Notes: generated by a model not told the origin, from the letters alone. A stretch of DNA of 64,000 nt from Thermodesulfobacteriota bacterium (GCA_049320885.1 JBMORA010000017.1:32001-96000); one strand, 5' to 3'. Shown: positions 1 to 11,737, numbered from the stretch's first letter. Numbers and translations: made by a program.

Positions 1-2903
1 TTGGCTTTTTTGTAGGGCCGGTCCGAGGCGGTCAGGGCTTCGAAAATGTCGGCAATGGCCATGATGCGGGCCGATACGGACATGTCCTCTTTTTTCAGCC
101 GGCGCGGGTAACCGGTGCCGATCATGGTTTCGTGGTGAGCGCCGGCAACCTCCGCCACGTTCTCCAGGTAGACGGGGAAGGGCAGCCGCTTGAGCATCAG
201 GATGGTCTGGATCATATGCTCGTTGATCTTGAAGCGTTCTTCCTCCGTCAAGGTTCCCCGCCGGATGGACAGATTATACACTTCGCCGAGATCATACAGA
301 TGCGCGGGCACGGTCATCTGGAAACCGAAGGGGTTGCCTTCAAACGGATCGGCTTTCAGGCGCGGGATGACATGTTCGGGTTTGTCGGCCAGCAGGAACT
401 CCGAAACCGGGAGTTGCCCGGCCGGGACCCGGTTCTTCCGTTCCGCTTCTTCCTGGGAAATACCGATGCGGTCATCCAGATGGCGCCGCCATTTCCGGGA
501 GCCGATCGCTTTCAGGCGCTCGATTTCGTCGTCCCCCATGAATTCCCCGCCGACATTGCATTCGGCGACAAACGCATAATCCTCCATGATCGCCCGGCGC
601 TTCTCGCGCAGCTGCTGTTCCAGCAGGCGCTCATCCGTCTGGCCGAGAAGCCGTTTCTGGTAGTAGTCGATTTCCGCGTCCCGCAGCAGCACTTCGAAGC
701 GCATGCGGATTTCATGAATGCGATTGTAAATGGTTTCGAGTTTCGTGGCTTTATCCACCACATATTCCGGCGTGGTCACCTTGCCGCAGTCGTGGAGCCA
801 TGCGGCCACCCGGAATTCCCGCCATTGGTCTTCCGTATGCAGCCGGAAATCGGCGAAGGGGCCTTCCGCGGCGCCGTGGGCGGCCCGGGCCAGCATCACG
901 GCGATTTCGGGCACCCGGGCGCAGTGTCCGCCCGTATACGGGGATTTGGCGTCGATGGCGCCGGCCATCAATCGAATGAAGGCGTCGAACAGTTTCCGCT
1001 GCTCATCCAGGAGTTTCTTGTTGTGCAGGGCCACCGCCGCCTGGGCCGCCAGGGCCTCCACAAACCCCACGATTTCGCTGTCGAAGGCCGTGATGTCGCC
1101 GGTTTCAGCCTTGCGGGCGTTGTACACCTGCATGACGCCGATGGTTTTGCCCTCCCTGGGCTTGAGGGGCACCGTCAGGAAGGTATCGCAGGCCGTGCCG
1201 GCAGCCGCATCCATCCGGCAGGTTTCGGCCAGTCGAAACCGGTTTTCGGTTGCGACGTCGTTGATGACCACCGTCGCGCCGGTCCACACCACGTGGCTTT
1301 CCACGCGGTCATGGTTCTCGGCGCCGCTTTCCGGGTGATACAGGGGGATGCCGGCGATACTTTCGCCGGATTCGCCCCCCGCCGCAGGTTTCAAGATCTC
1401 CCGGGAGGCGGTGCGCATGATCTCGAAGCGCAGGACATCGGCCTCGTCCCGGGTGTACAACGTGCCGCCGTCCGCGTTGGAAAGCTCCTTGGCGGCGTCG
1501 AAAATCAGCTTGAGCAGCTTGTCCATGTCATCCTCGGCGGAAAGGGCGATGCCGCTCTGCACGAGTTTTTCGAGTTTTTTCTGGGTGGCGATCAGCGCGT
1601 CGGTGCGGGCCCGGATGGTGGCCTTCATGATCAGGAAGGCCTGGATGTGGGCATGGATCTCCTTGATCATGGAATCGAAGGGCGCCGATTCGGAAAAATC
1701 GAATTGTTGAATCTTCTCGGATTCTTTTTCCAGCAACACCAGGGAACGGGAAATTTTTCTGGACAGCCAGAAGGCCAGCGGCAGCGCCAATATCAGCAAA
1801 AGGCCGGCAAAAATCGCCGTTCGAATCTGCATCCGCTTTATAAACGCGGTGAAATCCGACAGCGGCGCCACGTTGCCCAGGATCAGATCGAATTTCAAGG
1901 CCGCATCCATGGCGGACAGGTGTACCAGGTGCGGGGCGCCGTTGATATCCACGATGGCGGCGCGCCGGAACAGGTCCTGCCGCCGTTCCTGATACGATCC
2001 GACAATCGCCCGGACCAGCGGGTCCTTCGATTCCGCAGCCTTCGCGAAGTCCAGCGATTCAGTGGCTCGCCCATCGACGGCGCTCACGGTTTTGACCGGC
2101 GCTTCCTTCGGGTGGGCGATCAGCCGTCCCTTTCGATCGAACAGGAACAAGGCGCCGTTTTCCGAAACCCGTTGTCTTTTCAGTGAAAGGGCGAAGCGCT
2201 CCAGGGTGATATCCGCGCCGAAAACCCCCGGGCCGAAATGCAGTTTCCTCGCACAGGTGATTCCGGGAGCTCGCGAGGATTGGAATACATAGGGTTCCGT
2301 GTATATGGCGGTGTCCGATTCGAGCGCCTTTTTGTACCAGGGCCTGGTGGCGGGCGTGAGATCCGGCTCCAGTTCATCCCGGCTACCCACCACCTTCCCG
2401 GAGCGATCCAGGAACCGCCAGTGCTGGCGGAGTTGTCCGCTCCCGTCGCGGGTGATCGCCCGGACGATATGGGCAGTATTCCCGGGCGCGCCATAGCGAT
2501 CCTGGATGTCCGCACGTCCCCGGGGAGCGATGACCTGTAAAAAACCGCCGTCGTCGTATCCGGTGTACAGCGAAAACAGATATTCGTAATGCTCCAGGGC
2601 CTTGAGCATCAGTGGCAGCCCTGGATGGGACAACCCGTCATGGGTCGGTGCCGTCGCCATGCCGGGCATCAGCGCCGCCGATCCGGCCAGAACGGACACG
2701 GATCCCAGGGCATGCCGGTACCGCTCCATGACTTTTTCGTTGATCTCGGCGAACAGCCGGTCCGCCGTGGCGATGGCGGCGGCAGTGCTTTCCCGGTAGC
2801 TGATCCAGAAAAACAGGCCGGTCATGGAAAGGACAATCGATAACACCAGTGACGTAAGACCCACATAAAACGGGAATTTTCGATTGGTCAGATCAAGCCG
2901 CAT
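1..2903 (-). CDS. Membrane Cache-HAMP-GAF-HD-GYP cyclic di-nucleotide phosphodiesterase (3' end runs off window)
   Basis: Missing from the ORF track because it is open at the edge. Manual minus-strand translation gives MRLDLTNRKFPFYVGL..., Cache motif RPWY..YVF..PGIT, KSPYTGGHC, WLHDCGK, HHE..GTGYP and IADIFEALTASDRPYKKA. Confidence 0.9.
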   Translation of the reverse strand, partial: MRLDLTNRKFPFYVGLTSLVLSIVLSMTGLFFWISYRESTAAAIATADRLFAEINEKVMERYRHALGSVSVLAGSAALMPGMATAPTHDGLSHPGLPLMLKALEHYEYLFSLYTGYDDGGFLQVIAPRGRADIQDRYGAPGNTAHIVRAITRDGSGQLRQHWRFLDRSGKVVGSRDELEPDLTPATRPWYKKALESDTAIYTEPYVFQSSRAPGITCARKLHFGPGVFGADITLERFALSLKRQRVSENGALFLFDRKGRLIAHPKEAPVKTVSAVDGRATESLDFAKAAESKDPLVRAIVGSYQERRQDLFRRAAIVDINGAPHLVHLSAMDAALKFDLILGNVAPLSDFTAFIKRMQIRTAIFAGLLLILALPLAFWLSRKISRSLVLLEKESEKIQQFDFSESAPFDSMIKEIHAHIQAFLIMKATIRARTDALIATQKKLEKLVQSGIALSAEDDMDKLLKLIFDAAKELSNADGGTLYTRDEADVLRFEIMRTASREILKPAAGGESGESIAGIPLYHPESGAENHDRVESHVVWTGATVVINDVATENRFRLAETCRMDAAAGTACDTFLTVPLKPREGKTIGVMQVYNARKAETGDITAFDSEIVGFVEALAAQAAVALHNKKLLDEQRKLFDAFIRLMAGAIDAKSPYTGGHCARVPEIAVMLARAAHGAAEGPFADFRLHTEDQWREFRVAAWLHDCGKVTTPEYVVDKATKLETIYNRIHEIRMRFEVLLRDAEIDYYQKRLLGQTDERLLEQQLREKRRAIMEDYAFVAECNVGGEFMGDDEIERLKAIGSRKWRRHLDDRIGISQEEAERKNRVPAGQLPVSEFLLADKPEHVIPRLKADPFEGNPFGFQMTVPAHLYDLGEVYNLSIRRGTLTEEERFKINEHMIQTILMLKRLPFPVYLENVAEVAGAHHETMIGTGYPRRLKKEDMSVSARIMAIADIFEALTASDRPYKKA

Positions 2904-2966
2904 GCGCACTCCGGCAACGATGAGGATCGAGTTGATATGGAAAAATCAGGCGCCATCCGGATGGCT

Positions 2967-3647
2967 TCAATGTTTTTTCCGAATGTTGTCGCCCGATCCC
3001 GCCTGCTGGCCGACCAGGCGGGCGATCAATACGGCCAGGTAGAGCTGCCCCAGGATCGCCTCCAGCACGGCCAGGTTCCGGGACGGCACGGTCACCGGCG
3101 TGATATCGCCGTAACCGAGGGTGCTCAGGGTGACAAAGCTGAAATAACCGAAATGGGACAGCCGCGCCCGTGGCGACAGCAGCGCGAACCGGCCGGCTTC
3201 CATGCCGGGGCCTGAAAACGAGCCGGGCGCAAGCGTTTCCAGGATGGCGTAAACGTCCGCCCACATCAGGCCGATAAAAAAATAGGCGCAGACGGCTCCG
3301 GCGATGGTTTCCCGGGTGACGGTTGGCGACGAAAAGACTTGCGCCAGAATCATGCCGGTTATCAGCAGAATGAATACGAGATCCAGGCTGTTGGCAAGCA
3401 CGAAAAGGCGATTCCCCGGCGCCCAGTGGGAAGCCCAGAGGGCCAGCCCGGCGAGCAGGGCCAGCCCGGCGCAGGCGGTCAACAGTTTCCGGTTCCCGCC
3501 GGCGCTGGGAATGGCGGCGATGAGAATGGACGTTACGGCGATATCGGTCAATAAAGTCCGGTTGAAAAACGGCATCACCGCCATGAAAACCAGCAGAATC
3601 ATCAGCAGCGACTGAAAGCGGTAGTTCAACAGAACTTTTCCATCCAT
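2967..3647 (-). CDS. Potassium channel family membrane protein (Ion_trans_2)
   Basis: Selectivity filter TLSTLGYGD and several TM helices; start moved to MDGKVLL at 3647. Confidence 0.85.
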   Translation of the reverse strand: MDGKVLLNYRFQSLLMILLVFMAVMPFFNRTLLTDIAVTSILIAAIPSAGGNRKLLTACAGLALLAGLALWASHWAPGNRLFVLANSLDLVFILLITGMILAQVFSSPTVTRETIAGAVCAYFFIGLMWADVYAILETLAPGSFSGPGMEAGRFALLSPRARLSHFGYFSFVTLSTLGYGDITPVTVPSRNLAVLEAILGQLYLAVLIARLVGQQAGSGDNIRKKH

Positions 3648-4050
3648 GAGGGGCCTGCTTTTTTCAATGAAAGTAACAATTTCCTTGGGGGGGAGTATAT
3701 TTTTATCCGCTTCCGATGTCAACCATCCATTCCCGGCCATCCATTCCCCGCCCCTGGCTTCGCGGGAAATACGTCTGATTTCATGGCGAATTGCAGTGAG
3801 AATCCATTCAATCGAAGGGATAGGAATTTCCCGGGAGTTGTCGACATTAGAAAAATGCGGCTTGATACTTTCCGGCATTGCTGGTATTCATGGGCTTTCA
3901 AATCCATACACGCATGAACCGTTCGGGAGCCGTGAACACCATGGTCAGGGTGTTCTTTCTGTGCCGGAAGCCATTTTCAGATCGGCGGTCATTTTTTCCC
4001 CGCAAGTCGCTTTTTGCAAAAAACCAGGCTGTTTGCGTAAAGGAGGGATC

Positions 4051-6783
4051 ATGGCGAAACAGGAAATCATCGATGTCGCGGAGCAAAAACGGTTAAACGA
4101 AGCGCGCGAGGCGGGAATCCCATGGAAAAAATGGGGCCCCTACCTCAGCGAAAGACAGTGGGGCACGGTCCGTGAGGACTACAGCGAAAACGGCGACGCC
4201 TGGAATTACTTCACCCATGACCAGTCGCGCTCGCGGGCCTACCGCTGGGGGGAGGACGGGCTCGGCGGGATCTGCGACGACAAACAGCGATTGTGTTTCG
4301 CCCTGGCCTTATGGAACGGAAACGACCCGATCCTGAAGGAGCGCCTCTTCGGACTCACCAACAGCGAGGCGAACCACGGCGAGGATGTCAAGGAGTATTA
4401 CTTCTACATCGACAGCACTCCCACCCACTCCTACATGAAGTATCTCTACAAATACCCGCAGCGGGAGTTCCCTTACCGCGACCTGATCGAAACCAACGGG
4501 CGACGGTCGCGGGAGGAATTGGAGTACGAACTCCTCGATACCGGCGTTTTTGACGACGACAGATACTTTGACGTATTCGTGGAGTATGCCAAGGAGGGCC
4601 CGGAAGATATCCTCATCCGCGTCACGGTTCACAACCGCGGTCCGGAAGCGGCCGGGATTCGGCTGCTGCCGACGCTGTGGTTCCGGAACACCTGGTCGGC
4701 GGATGAAAAGCATCGAAAACCGATGCTCCGGGAGGCGCGACCAGGTTCGATACAGGCTTCCCACCAGGATCTGGGGGATTATTTCCTGCATTGCGACGGA
4801 GACCCGGAATTGTTATTCACGGAAAACGAGACCAACGCGCTGCGGCTCTGGGGCCAGCCCAACGCTTCTCCCTTCGTCAAGGACGCCTTTCACGATTATG
4901 TCATTTCCGGCCGCGCCGAGGCGGTGAATACCGCCAAGACGGGAACCAAGGCGGCCGCCCACTATGCCCTGGAAGTTCCCGGCGGAGGCAGCCGGACGGT
5001 CCGCTTGCGGCTCTCCGCCGCTCCGGCGGGCAATACTTTCAAGGACTTTGAGAAGATCTTCAAAAACCGGATCGCCGATGCCGATGAATTCTTCGAACGG
5101 ATAACGCCCAACTCGCTGAATGAAGATCAGCGCCGGGTGCATCGCCAGGCCCTGGCGGGAATGCTGTGGAGCAAACAGTTCTATTACTTCGATTTGGAGC
5201 TCTGGCTGCGTGAGCACAAAAGCCATCCGCTGCTCGAATCCGCCCGTCCGGGAGTGCGGAACACGGAATGGTTCCATATGCTCAATGCCGATGTGATTTC
5301 CATGCCGGACAAGTGGGAGTATCCGTGGTACGCAGCCTGGGATCTGGCCTTTCACACCATCGCCCTGTCCCTGGTGGATTTCGATTTCGCCAAGGAGCAG
5401 CTGTTGTTGATGCTGCGCAGTCTCTATTTCCATCCCAGCGGGCAGATTCCGGCTTACGAGTGGAACTTCAGCGACGTGAATCCCCCGGTGCACGCCTGGG
5501 CCACGCTTTACCTGTATAAATATGAGCTGTCGCTGGGACGGGCGGACCTGCGCTTCCTGGAGCGGTCGTTTCAGGGGCTCATGCTGAACTTCAACTGGTG
5601 GGTGAACCGGAAGGACCCCGCCGGGCGCAACGTCTTCGCCGGCGGCTTTTTGGGCCTGGACAACATCGGCGTCTTCGACCGGAGCGCCCAGCTTCCCACC
5701 GGCGGCACCCTGGAACAGGCCGACGGTACGGCCTGGATGGCCTTCTACTGCCAGTGCATGCTGGAAATGGCCCTGATCCTGACCGAATACGATACGATGT
5801 ACGAGGAAGTCGCCTTCAAGTTCGTTCAGCATTTCATGTGGATTTCCTACGCCATGGATCGTATCGGCGAACATCACGATGAAATGTGGGATGAGGAAGA
5901 CGGCTTTTTTTACGATCTGTTGCGGCTTCCGGACGGGCAGTCCATGCGCCTGAAAATCCGGTCGATGGTGGGGTTGCTGCCCCTGTGCGCGGCCACGGTA
6001 TTCGAGGCGGAGGCCGTGACGCGGTTTCCCAGGCTGATGGAAATGATGCAGCTGTTCCGCAAACGTCACCCCGAGCTGGTTGCCCATGTGGCCCCCACCG
6101 AGGCGGGCTTCATCGGATACAAAGGCCGGCGGCTGTTGTCGATCCTCAACAAGAAAAAGCTGGAACGGGTGCTGGCCTACCTCCTGGACGAAAACGAATT
6201 TCTGGGGCCTTACGGCATCCGTTCCCTCTCGCGCCATCACCTGGATCATCCCTTCACCTTCCGGGTGGGGCATGAGGAGTACAAGGTCCAGTACCTGCCG
6301 GCGGAATCCAATACCGGGATGTTCGGCGGCAACTCCAACTGGCGGGGCCCGGTGTGGATGCCGGTCAATACCCTGATCGTCCGGGGGTTGTTGAACTTGT
6401 ACAGCTTCTACGGCGACGAATTCACGGTTCAATGCCCCACCGGCTCCGGCCGATACAAGACGCTGTTCGAGGTGGCCAAGGAGATTGTCGACCGGCTGGC
6501 GGGTATTTTCCTGCGCGATGCGAAGGGGCAGCGGCCGGTATACGGAGGGACGGACAAGTTCCAGAAAGATCCCCATTGGCGCGACCTGATCCTGTTTTAT
6601 GAATACTTCCACGGTGACAACGGCGCGGGGCTGGGAGCCAGCCATCAGACGGGGTGGACCGGTCTGATGGCGCCCCTGCTGGACTTTTTCGGCCGTATCG
6701 ACTCCGGAACCCTGCTGGAGAGCGAGCGCGGGCGGCTGGTGGACCGGATCGTCAGGGAGCAGGTGGGAGGAGAGCCGGTGTAG
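4051..6783 (+). CDS. MGH1/GH63-like glycoside hydrolase (glucosidase)
   Basis: RBS AGGAGG before ATG 4051; [57 protein letters not shown]. Confidence 0.9.
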   Translation: MAKQEIIDVAEQKRLNEAREAGIPWKKWGPYLSERQWGTVREDYSENGDAWNYFTHDQSRSRAYRWGEDGLGGICDDKQRLCFALALWNGNDPILKERLFGLTNSEANHGEDVKEYYFYIDSTPTHSYMKYLYKYPQREFPYRDLIETNGRRSREELEYELLDTGVFDDDRYFDVFVEYAKEGPEDILIRVTVHNRGPEAAGIRLLPTLWFRNTWSADEKHRKPMLREARPGSIQASHQDLGDYFLHCDGDPELLFTENETNALRLWGQPNASPFVKDAFHDYVISGRAEAVNTAKTGTKAAAHYALEVPGGGSRTVRLRLSAAPAGNTFKDFEKIFKNRIADADEFFERITPNSLNEDQRRVHRQALAGMLWSKQFYYFDLELWLREHKSHPLLESARPGVRNTEWFHMLNADVISMPDKWEYPWYAAWDLAFHTIALSLVDFDFAKEQLLLMLRSLYFHPSGQIPAYEWNFSDVNPPVHAWATLYLYKYELSLGRADLRFLERSFQGLMLNFNWWVNRKDPAGRNVFAGGFLGLDNIGVFDRSAQLPTGGTLEQADGTAWMAFYCQCMLEMALILTEYDTMYEEVAFKFVQHFMWISYAMDRIGEHHDEMWDEEDGFFYDLLRLPDGQSMRLKIRSMVGLLPLCAATVFEAEAVTRFPRLMEMMQLFRKRHPELVAHVAPTEAGFIGYKGRRLLSILNKKKLERVLAYLLDENEFLGPYGIRSLSRHHLDHPFTFRVGHEEYKVQYLPAESNTGMFGGNSNWRGPVWMPVNTLIVRGLLNLYSFYGDEFTVQCPTGSGRYKTLFEVAKEIVDRLAGIFLRDAKGQRPVYGGTDKFQKDPHWRDLILFYEYFHGDNGAGLGASHQTGWTGLMAPLLDFFGRIDSGTLLESERGRLVDRIVREQVGGEPV

Positions 6784-6929
6784 CTGCCGAATATCGAATG
6801 CCGAAACAGATTGTTGCCTTTTGGGTCTTCGTTTTCACCCTGGTGGCGACGGGAGAAAGAGAGGCCGCTCGTGTTGTGACGATTCCCACCGGTTAGGCGA
6901 AAAACGTGTATTGCATTAATTTCATCAGC

Positions 6930-8063
6930 ATGTTGCTTGTTATCGGCGGACTAATCGGTCCCGGACGGGCGGAGGCCATGGACTCTCTCAACGGGACTGA
7001 AAAGCCGTCCAAGTTTTGGTCGGGGGAGGATGATTGGCTGGATGTCAGCGAATTCCTGGACGAAAAATACGGGTTTCTGCCGGTGGTTGTGCCCATCACG
7101 GAGCCGGCGGTGGGGTACGGCGGCGCCGGCGGATTGTTGTTCATCAGCAAGCCGCTGGGCAACGTCCGGACAGGATATGAACGCCCCGACCTGACGTTCG
7201 TCGGCGGGGCGGCCACCGAGAACGGCACCCGCGGGGTTGCGGCCGGCGACATGCGCTACTGGATGGACGGTCGGATTCAGTCCCTGGCCGGAGTTGTCTG
7301 CGCCTCCGTGAATCTCGACTTTCACGGTATCGGCGAAGACGGCCGCCTGAATGACCATCCATTGGGCTACACCCTGGAACCCAAAGGCGGCGGGGTGCAG
7401 GGAAAATACCGGATGGGAAATTCACGCCTGTGGCTGGGCCTCAGCTATGTCTACGCCGTCACGAACGTATCCTTCGATGAGCCTGAAAGACCCGGACTGC
7501 CGGAATTCGAGCGCGATTCCGATGTGGGCGGGGTGACGCCTTCCCTGACCTTCGACACCCGCGACAATATCTTTACCCCGAGCTGCGGGACTTATGTGGA
7601 GGCGTCGCTGGGGCTCTTCGGTGCGGCCCTGGGCAGTGACGACTCGTTTCAGCGCGCTCGGCTCATCGCCATGCAATTCATCCCCCTGGGAAAACAGCTT
7701 TTCCTCGGCATCCGCGGCGAGGCGGGGGCCAGTTTCAACGATGCGCCGTTTTACCTGCGGCCGTTCATTTACCTGCGCGGGGCGCCGATCATGCGCTATC
7801 AGGGCGAGGAGGCCGCGCAAATCGAGGCGGAGCTGCGCTGGCAATTCTGGAAGCGATTCAGTCTCGTGGGTTTCTCGGGCTGCGGAGCGGCATGGAACGA
7901 TTTCGAACGAGTTGAATCAGCCCAGTCCATTGTGACCGGAGGGGCCGGCCTGCGCTATGAAATCGCGCGCCAATACGGACTGCATATGGGGTTTGACGTG
8001 GCCTTCGCGCCGGAAAACACCGCTTTCTATATCCAGGTCGGCAGTGCCTGGGCCCGGCCCTAG
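6930..8063 (+). CDS. Omp85/BamA-TamA-like outer membrane beta-barrel protein
   Basis: Signal peptide, FDTRDNIFTP motif, alternating beta strands, aromatic C-terminus; start uncertain (6906 or 6930). Confidence 0.7.
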   Translation: MLLVIGGLIGPGRAEAMDSLNGTEKPSKFWSGEDDWLDVSEFLDEKYGFLPVVVPITEPAVGYGGAGGLLFISKPLGNVRTGYERPDLTFVGGAATENGTRGVAAGDMRYWMDGRIQSLAGVVCASVNLDFHGIGEDGRLNDHPLGYTLEPKGGGVQGKYRMGNSRLWLGLSYVYAVTNVSFDEPERPGLPEFERDSDVGGVTPSLTFDTRDNIFTPSCGTYVEASLGLFGAALGSDDSFQRARLIAMQFIPLGKQLFLGIRGEAGASFNDAPFYLRPFIYLRGAPIMRYQGEEAAQIEAELRWQFWKRFSLVGFSGCGAAWNDFERVESAQSIVTGGAGLRYEIARQYGLHMGFDVAFAPENTAFYIQVGSAWARP

Positions 8064-8233
8064 CTCCGGATGGCATGGACCGTAGCGGATGGATCGGGCT
8101 AAGGCGGGGTTGCGGACCATTCCGCGGCCGGGCGGAAGGGGAATGGAAACGCGGCCAAGTTTTTCATTGATTTTAGTTACGTTTATGAATATGGTTCCGG
8201 ATGGTTGAATAACGATAGGGAGAGGAATCCTGT

Positions 8234-8878
8234 ATGAGAGACCAGTTCACAACTGCCGGCCGTTTGATCCTGATCGCCTTCATTCTATGCCTGGCGTCCT
8301 GCTACGGAGAATCGGGCGACGATTACGAAGATTACGGCCTTGTACTGACCGCGTTCGACAAAGAAACGGATTTTCAGGCCAACCGGACATACGCATTGCC
8401 GAATAGCGTGGAAGTGCTGCCGCCGGAAGACGATTCCGGTGATTCCGACCATGTCTATGACAGCCTGATATTGGCGGAAATCGAGTCCCACATGAACGCC
8501 TATGGATACGTCCGGGAAGAGGATCCTAGAACCAATCCGCCGGATATCTATCTTACCGTATCCCAAAGCACGACGGATTATTTTTACTACTGGGATTATT
8601 ATTCGTACGGCTGGTGGGGGACCGGCTGGTACTGGGGGTATCCCTGCTATGACTGCTATTCCACCATCGAATACGCCTATTCCACGGGAACGATATTCAT
8701 CAATATGGTCAAGACCAGTGAAATCGACGAAGAGAATCAAGTGGTTCCGTCCATCTGGTTCGCGGCCCTCAACGGTGTGCTGAATGCCGGGAAATCCGTC
8801 TCTTCCGGCATTCAAAGCGGCATCAACCAGGCATTCTCGCAGTCGCCTTATTTACGACATCCGTCAGCAACCGAATAG
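8234..8878 (+). CDS. DUF4136-like lipoprotein
   Basis: Lipobox LASC, Tyr/Trp/Gly-rich loop, YSTGTIFINM...SIW...INQAFSQSPYL. Confidence 0.7.
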   Translation: MRDQFTTAGRLILIAFILCLASCYGESGDDYEDYGLVLTAFDKETDFQANRTYALPNSVEVLPPEDDSGDSDHVYDSLILAEIESHMNAYGYVREEDPRTNPPDIYLTVSQSTTDYFYYWDYYSYGWWGTGWYWGYPCYDCYSTIEYAYSTGTIFINMVKTSEIDEENQVVPSIWFAALNGVLNAGKSVSSGIQSGINQAFSQSPYLRHPSATE

Positions 8879-8903
8879 AAGAACAGAAGATCGGGATACA
8901 ACC

Positions 8904-9506
8904 ATGAAATATCTAACCGCAGTGATGCTCCTACTCTTGTCGACCGGATCCGCTTTCGCAAAGGACGGTCTCTTCCATGTGACCTACAGCCTGGCGCAAC
9001 CCTCGGGGGCCATGACCGATGTCGTCGAGGACAAAAGCTATCGAGGTATCGAGTTCGGCTACCGCAAGTTCGCCAAACGCAACATCTCCTTCGGCATCAT
9101 GTCCGGCTGGAATTCCTTCGAGGACCGGTATTCAAATGTTTTTGAAATCCAGAACGGCCATATTTACGGAACGAAACGGACCTATCTGAACGCCTTCCCG
9201 ATCATGGTGAACGGTCACTACTACATCGGCGGCCACGGACCCCGTTTTTATATGGGGCTGAACGCCGGTACCATCAATATCCGCAAGGATGTATATCTCG
9301 GCATCTATACCGTGGACGAAGGCAACTGGCACTGGGCCATGGCGCCGGAAATCGGTTTTATCTATCCGTTCAAGGGGCATGGCATGCCGTGGCGGATAAC
9401 CTCCCTCTTTCTGAATGCCAAATACAATTACGCGTTCCGCGTCGGCGACACCATCGATTATACGTATTGGGGTCTCAATCTGGGTTTTTCCTTCGATGTG
9501 TATTGA
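8904..9506 (+). CDS. Outer membrane beta-barrel protein
   Basis: Signal peptide MKYLTAVMLLLLSTGSAFA, amphipathic strands, C-terminal LNLGFSF. Confidence 0.7.
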   Translation: MKYLTAVMLLLLSTGSAFAKDGLFHVTYSLAQPSGAMTDVVEDKSYRGIEFGYRKFAKRNISFGIMSGWNSFEDRYSNVFEIQNGHIYGTKRTYLNAFPIMVNGHYYIGGHGPRFYMGLNAGTINIRKDVYLGIYTVDEGNWHWAMAPEIGFIYPFKGHGMPWRITSLFLNAKYNYAFRVGDTIDYTYWGLNLGFSFDVY

Positions 9507-9534
9507 AAGCGGATCTCCGGTTCGGGGGAACTTC

Positions 9535-9570
9535 GCGGCGCCGATGGGTATCGGCGCCGCTTTTGTTTTT
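9535..9570 (+). terminator. Intrinsic terminator between convergent genes
   Basis: Perfect 11-bp stem GCGGCGCCGAT-gggt-ATCGGCGCCGC followed by TTTTGTTTTT. Confidence 0.85.
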
Positions 9571-10138
9571 AAAACGCCACGGTCAGGGAGACTTCCGGGT
9601 AGGTCTGGGACCCGTAATCATATTGTTTTTCGTCGCGGTCCAGATACTGCTCGTACACCACGCCCGCCCCGATATACAGGTTCCCTCCCGTGTTGTAATA
9701 CACTCCCGCCCGTAATCCCGCGGAATTGATATCATCGTAGGAGAGACTGATGGCGGTATAGCGGTAGAAGATCCCGGCATACGGTTTCAAGGCGGATTGA
9801 AGGCGCAGGACATAGCGCATTTCCGGGCTCACCTTGTAAATGACGGGGCTGTCGCCGATCCAGTATTCCGCGTCCAGGCCGAGTTCAAGGCAGTCGATGA
9901 TATAATAGCCTACGCCGCCACCGATGATGGTATAGTCGTTCTGGAAGGCGCTGCCCCACCCCACGGAAAGCGAGGTGCGGACCATGCCCTTACCGAAAGG
10001 ATCGGCGGTCGCCTGCTCGGAAGATATCGCCAGCATCGCCGGGATGGCCAGGAAGACCAGGAAAAGGCCGTGAAAAATGTGTTTCGCAACAGTGGGTATC
10101 GGGCGGGAATCGCCTGGTCGGACGGTTTGCGGATTCAT
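9569..10138 (-). CDS. Outer membrane beta-barrel protein
   Basis: Signal peptide, beta-strand periodicity, terminal Phe (VSLTVAF). Confidence 0.65.
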   Translation of the reverse strand: MNPQTVRPGDSRPIPTVAKHIFHGLFLVFLAIPAMLAISSEQATADPFGKGMVRTSLSVGWGSAFQNDYTIIGGGVGYYIIDCLELGLDAEYWIGDSPVIYKVSPEMRYVLRLQSALKPYAGIFYRYTAISLSYDDINSAGLRAGVYYNTGGNLYIGAGVVYEQYLDRDEKQYDYGSQTYPEVSLTVAF

Positions 10139-10222
10139 GTTGTTCCTTTCCTGAAAAGACCTGCCGTTTTGGTTTTCCTCGCGTAAATGGCAGTTTATCA
10201 TATTAGCAGCGGGTTAAATTTG

Positions 10223-11737
10223 TCAAGTTCGAAGGCCCCGCAATCCTTCCCGGACGGCATTTTCCATGTCGGCCAACTCGCCATCGGTCAGAAACCCGAA
10301 ATGCGATTCCCTCTTTCTCGCCGAAAGACGACCATTGTTTTGCAGGCAGAGCTGGAAAAAGAGATCGATAAGGCGGTCAGGCATGTCTACGATCTCCTGA
10401 ATGGCCTGCTTGGTCCTGTCGTAATTCGCCAGAAAATCGAGTTCTTCCACCAGCTCGTGCTCGATGGTGAGTTTGACGAAATCGTACAACGCCTCCGCCT
10501 GAGCGGTCATGTCGATGTATCTGTACAGTGGTCCGGTCTCACCCGGCACGGTCATCTGGCCGAGATCGTCCAGGTCGTATTCAACCAGTCGCATCATCGG
10601 GTTTGAGAACGCCTCCAGGGAGTGATCATAAAGCGCCGGTTTTTTCAGCATGGCGGCGGAGACCGGGAACATGAGTCCCTTCGGGATCTCGCCGCGCAGG
10701 AACAGGATATTGTGAATGAGAAACCGATGAATACGGCCATTGCCGTCCTCGAAGGGATGCATGAAGACGAATCCGTAGGAGATGGCGGCGGCATGGATAA
10801 TGGCGGGAACCGCGCCTTCCTTCATCACCTGGTGGGCGGTGCGCAGTCCCTCCATCAATTCCGGGAGGTCGTCGGGCTTTGGGCAGACATAGTGAATGAG
10901 CCGCTTCTGGTAGGAAACAGTCTGACCGACGTAGTTCTGGTTGGCCCGGTAGTCCGTGTCCCGGAACCGGGGATCGACGATGCTGTTCTGTAAGTCGATC
11001 AGGAGCGGCTTCTCGCAAAAGTCCTTGTGCTCGGCCTTCTCCAGCAAGCCGATGAATTTCTCTGTCCGGGAGGCGCTCGGCTTGATGTGTTCGATCTCGA
11101 ATGAGGACTTGGTCTCTTTGTTATACAGGTAGCTTAGTGCCCGTCTTAGAAGCTCCGGTGGATAGGAGGTCACGACCTCTTCGCATCTTTTCTGCAGGTT
11201 GATCTCTTCCATGGCGGCGAGTTTTTCGGTACGCCGGATGATTGGACAAAAATTTTTCCCGCCAAGCATATTGTCGATGACCCTCTGACGTTGCACGCGA
11301 CGGCCGGGCGCTGCGGTGTAATAACGGTCCGGCTCAAGCAGCTCGATGTAATTTCCCTTGGTCAGATCCGGCAGCGGGAGTTCACGCCCGGTCAGAAATT
11401 CATACAGGAACCAGACCCTGCGGGCGTATTTCCCGGTCGGTTTCGAGCTGACCCAGGCCGCTATCTCGTCAGCCGGGACCACCTTGAAAAGGGCCGACAG
11501 CAGCCCCAAGTTGACGCCATCATATTTGAGGGCGAACTCCAGATGGTCACCTGTCCGGTCTCCAGGCCAATAAGACTGGGGATAGACGGATTCCACCTGC
11601 CCATCCTGAATGGTCGAGCGTAGCGTCCCCGTCGGGCTGACGGAGGACGTGTGCCAGTTTGGCAAAGCGCTCAAGTCGTGTTGCTTTATCAGAAATGCAT
11701 AGCCTGCCAGCCGGTTCTGTGTCGTGTCCAATGTCAT
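10223..11737 (-). CDS. Fic family protein (putative AMPylase)
   Basis: Canonical motif HPFEDGNGRIHR; upstream SFEIE resembles the autoinhibitory (S/T)xxxE motif; RBS GAGG. Confidence 0.9.
   Translation of the reverse strand: MTLDTTQNRLAGYAFLIKQHDLSALPNWHTSSVSPTGTLRSTIQDGQVESVYPQSYWPGDRTGDHLEFALKYDGVNLGLLSALFKVVPADEIAAWVSSKPTGKYARRVWFLYEFLTGRELPLPDLTKGNYIELLEPDRYYTAAPGRRVQRQRVIDNMLGGKNFCPIIRRTEKLAAMEEINLQKRCEEVVTSYPPELLRRALSYLYNKETKSSFEIEHIKPSASRTEKFIGLLEKAEHKDFCEKPLLIDLQNSIVDPRFRDTDYRANQNYVGQTVSYQKRLIHYVCPKPDDLPELMEGLRTAHQVMKEGAVPAIIHAAAISYGFVFMHPFEDGNGRIHRFLIHNILFLRGEIPKGLMFPVSAAMLKKPALYDHSLEAFSNPMMRLVEYDLDDLGQMTVPGETGPLYRYIDMTAQAEALYDFVKLTIEHELVEELDFLANYDRTKQAIQEIVDMPDRLIDLFFQLCLQNNGRLSARKRESHFGFLTDGELADMENAVREGLRGLRT

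Noticed and set aside
132..2186. 684-aa plus-strand ORF
   Set aside because: Antisense shadow of the minus-strand HD-GYP gene, which carries all the recognisable motifs.
3646..4050. 135-aa N-terminal extension of the glucosidase and the extension of the K+ channel ORF
   Set aside because: This is the divergent intergenic region; a strong RBS marks ATG 4051 and the channel-like sequence begins at 3647.
4813..6645. Long antisense ORFs here and at 14496-16088, 20822-22291, 43576-45366, 52210-54015, 56819-58639 and 62287-63993
   Set aside because: They mirror well-supported genes, as expected from high-GC codon bias, and show no motifs.
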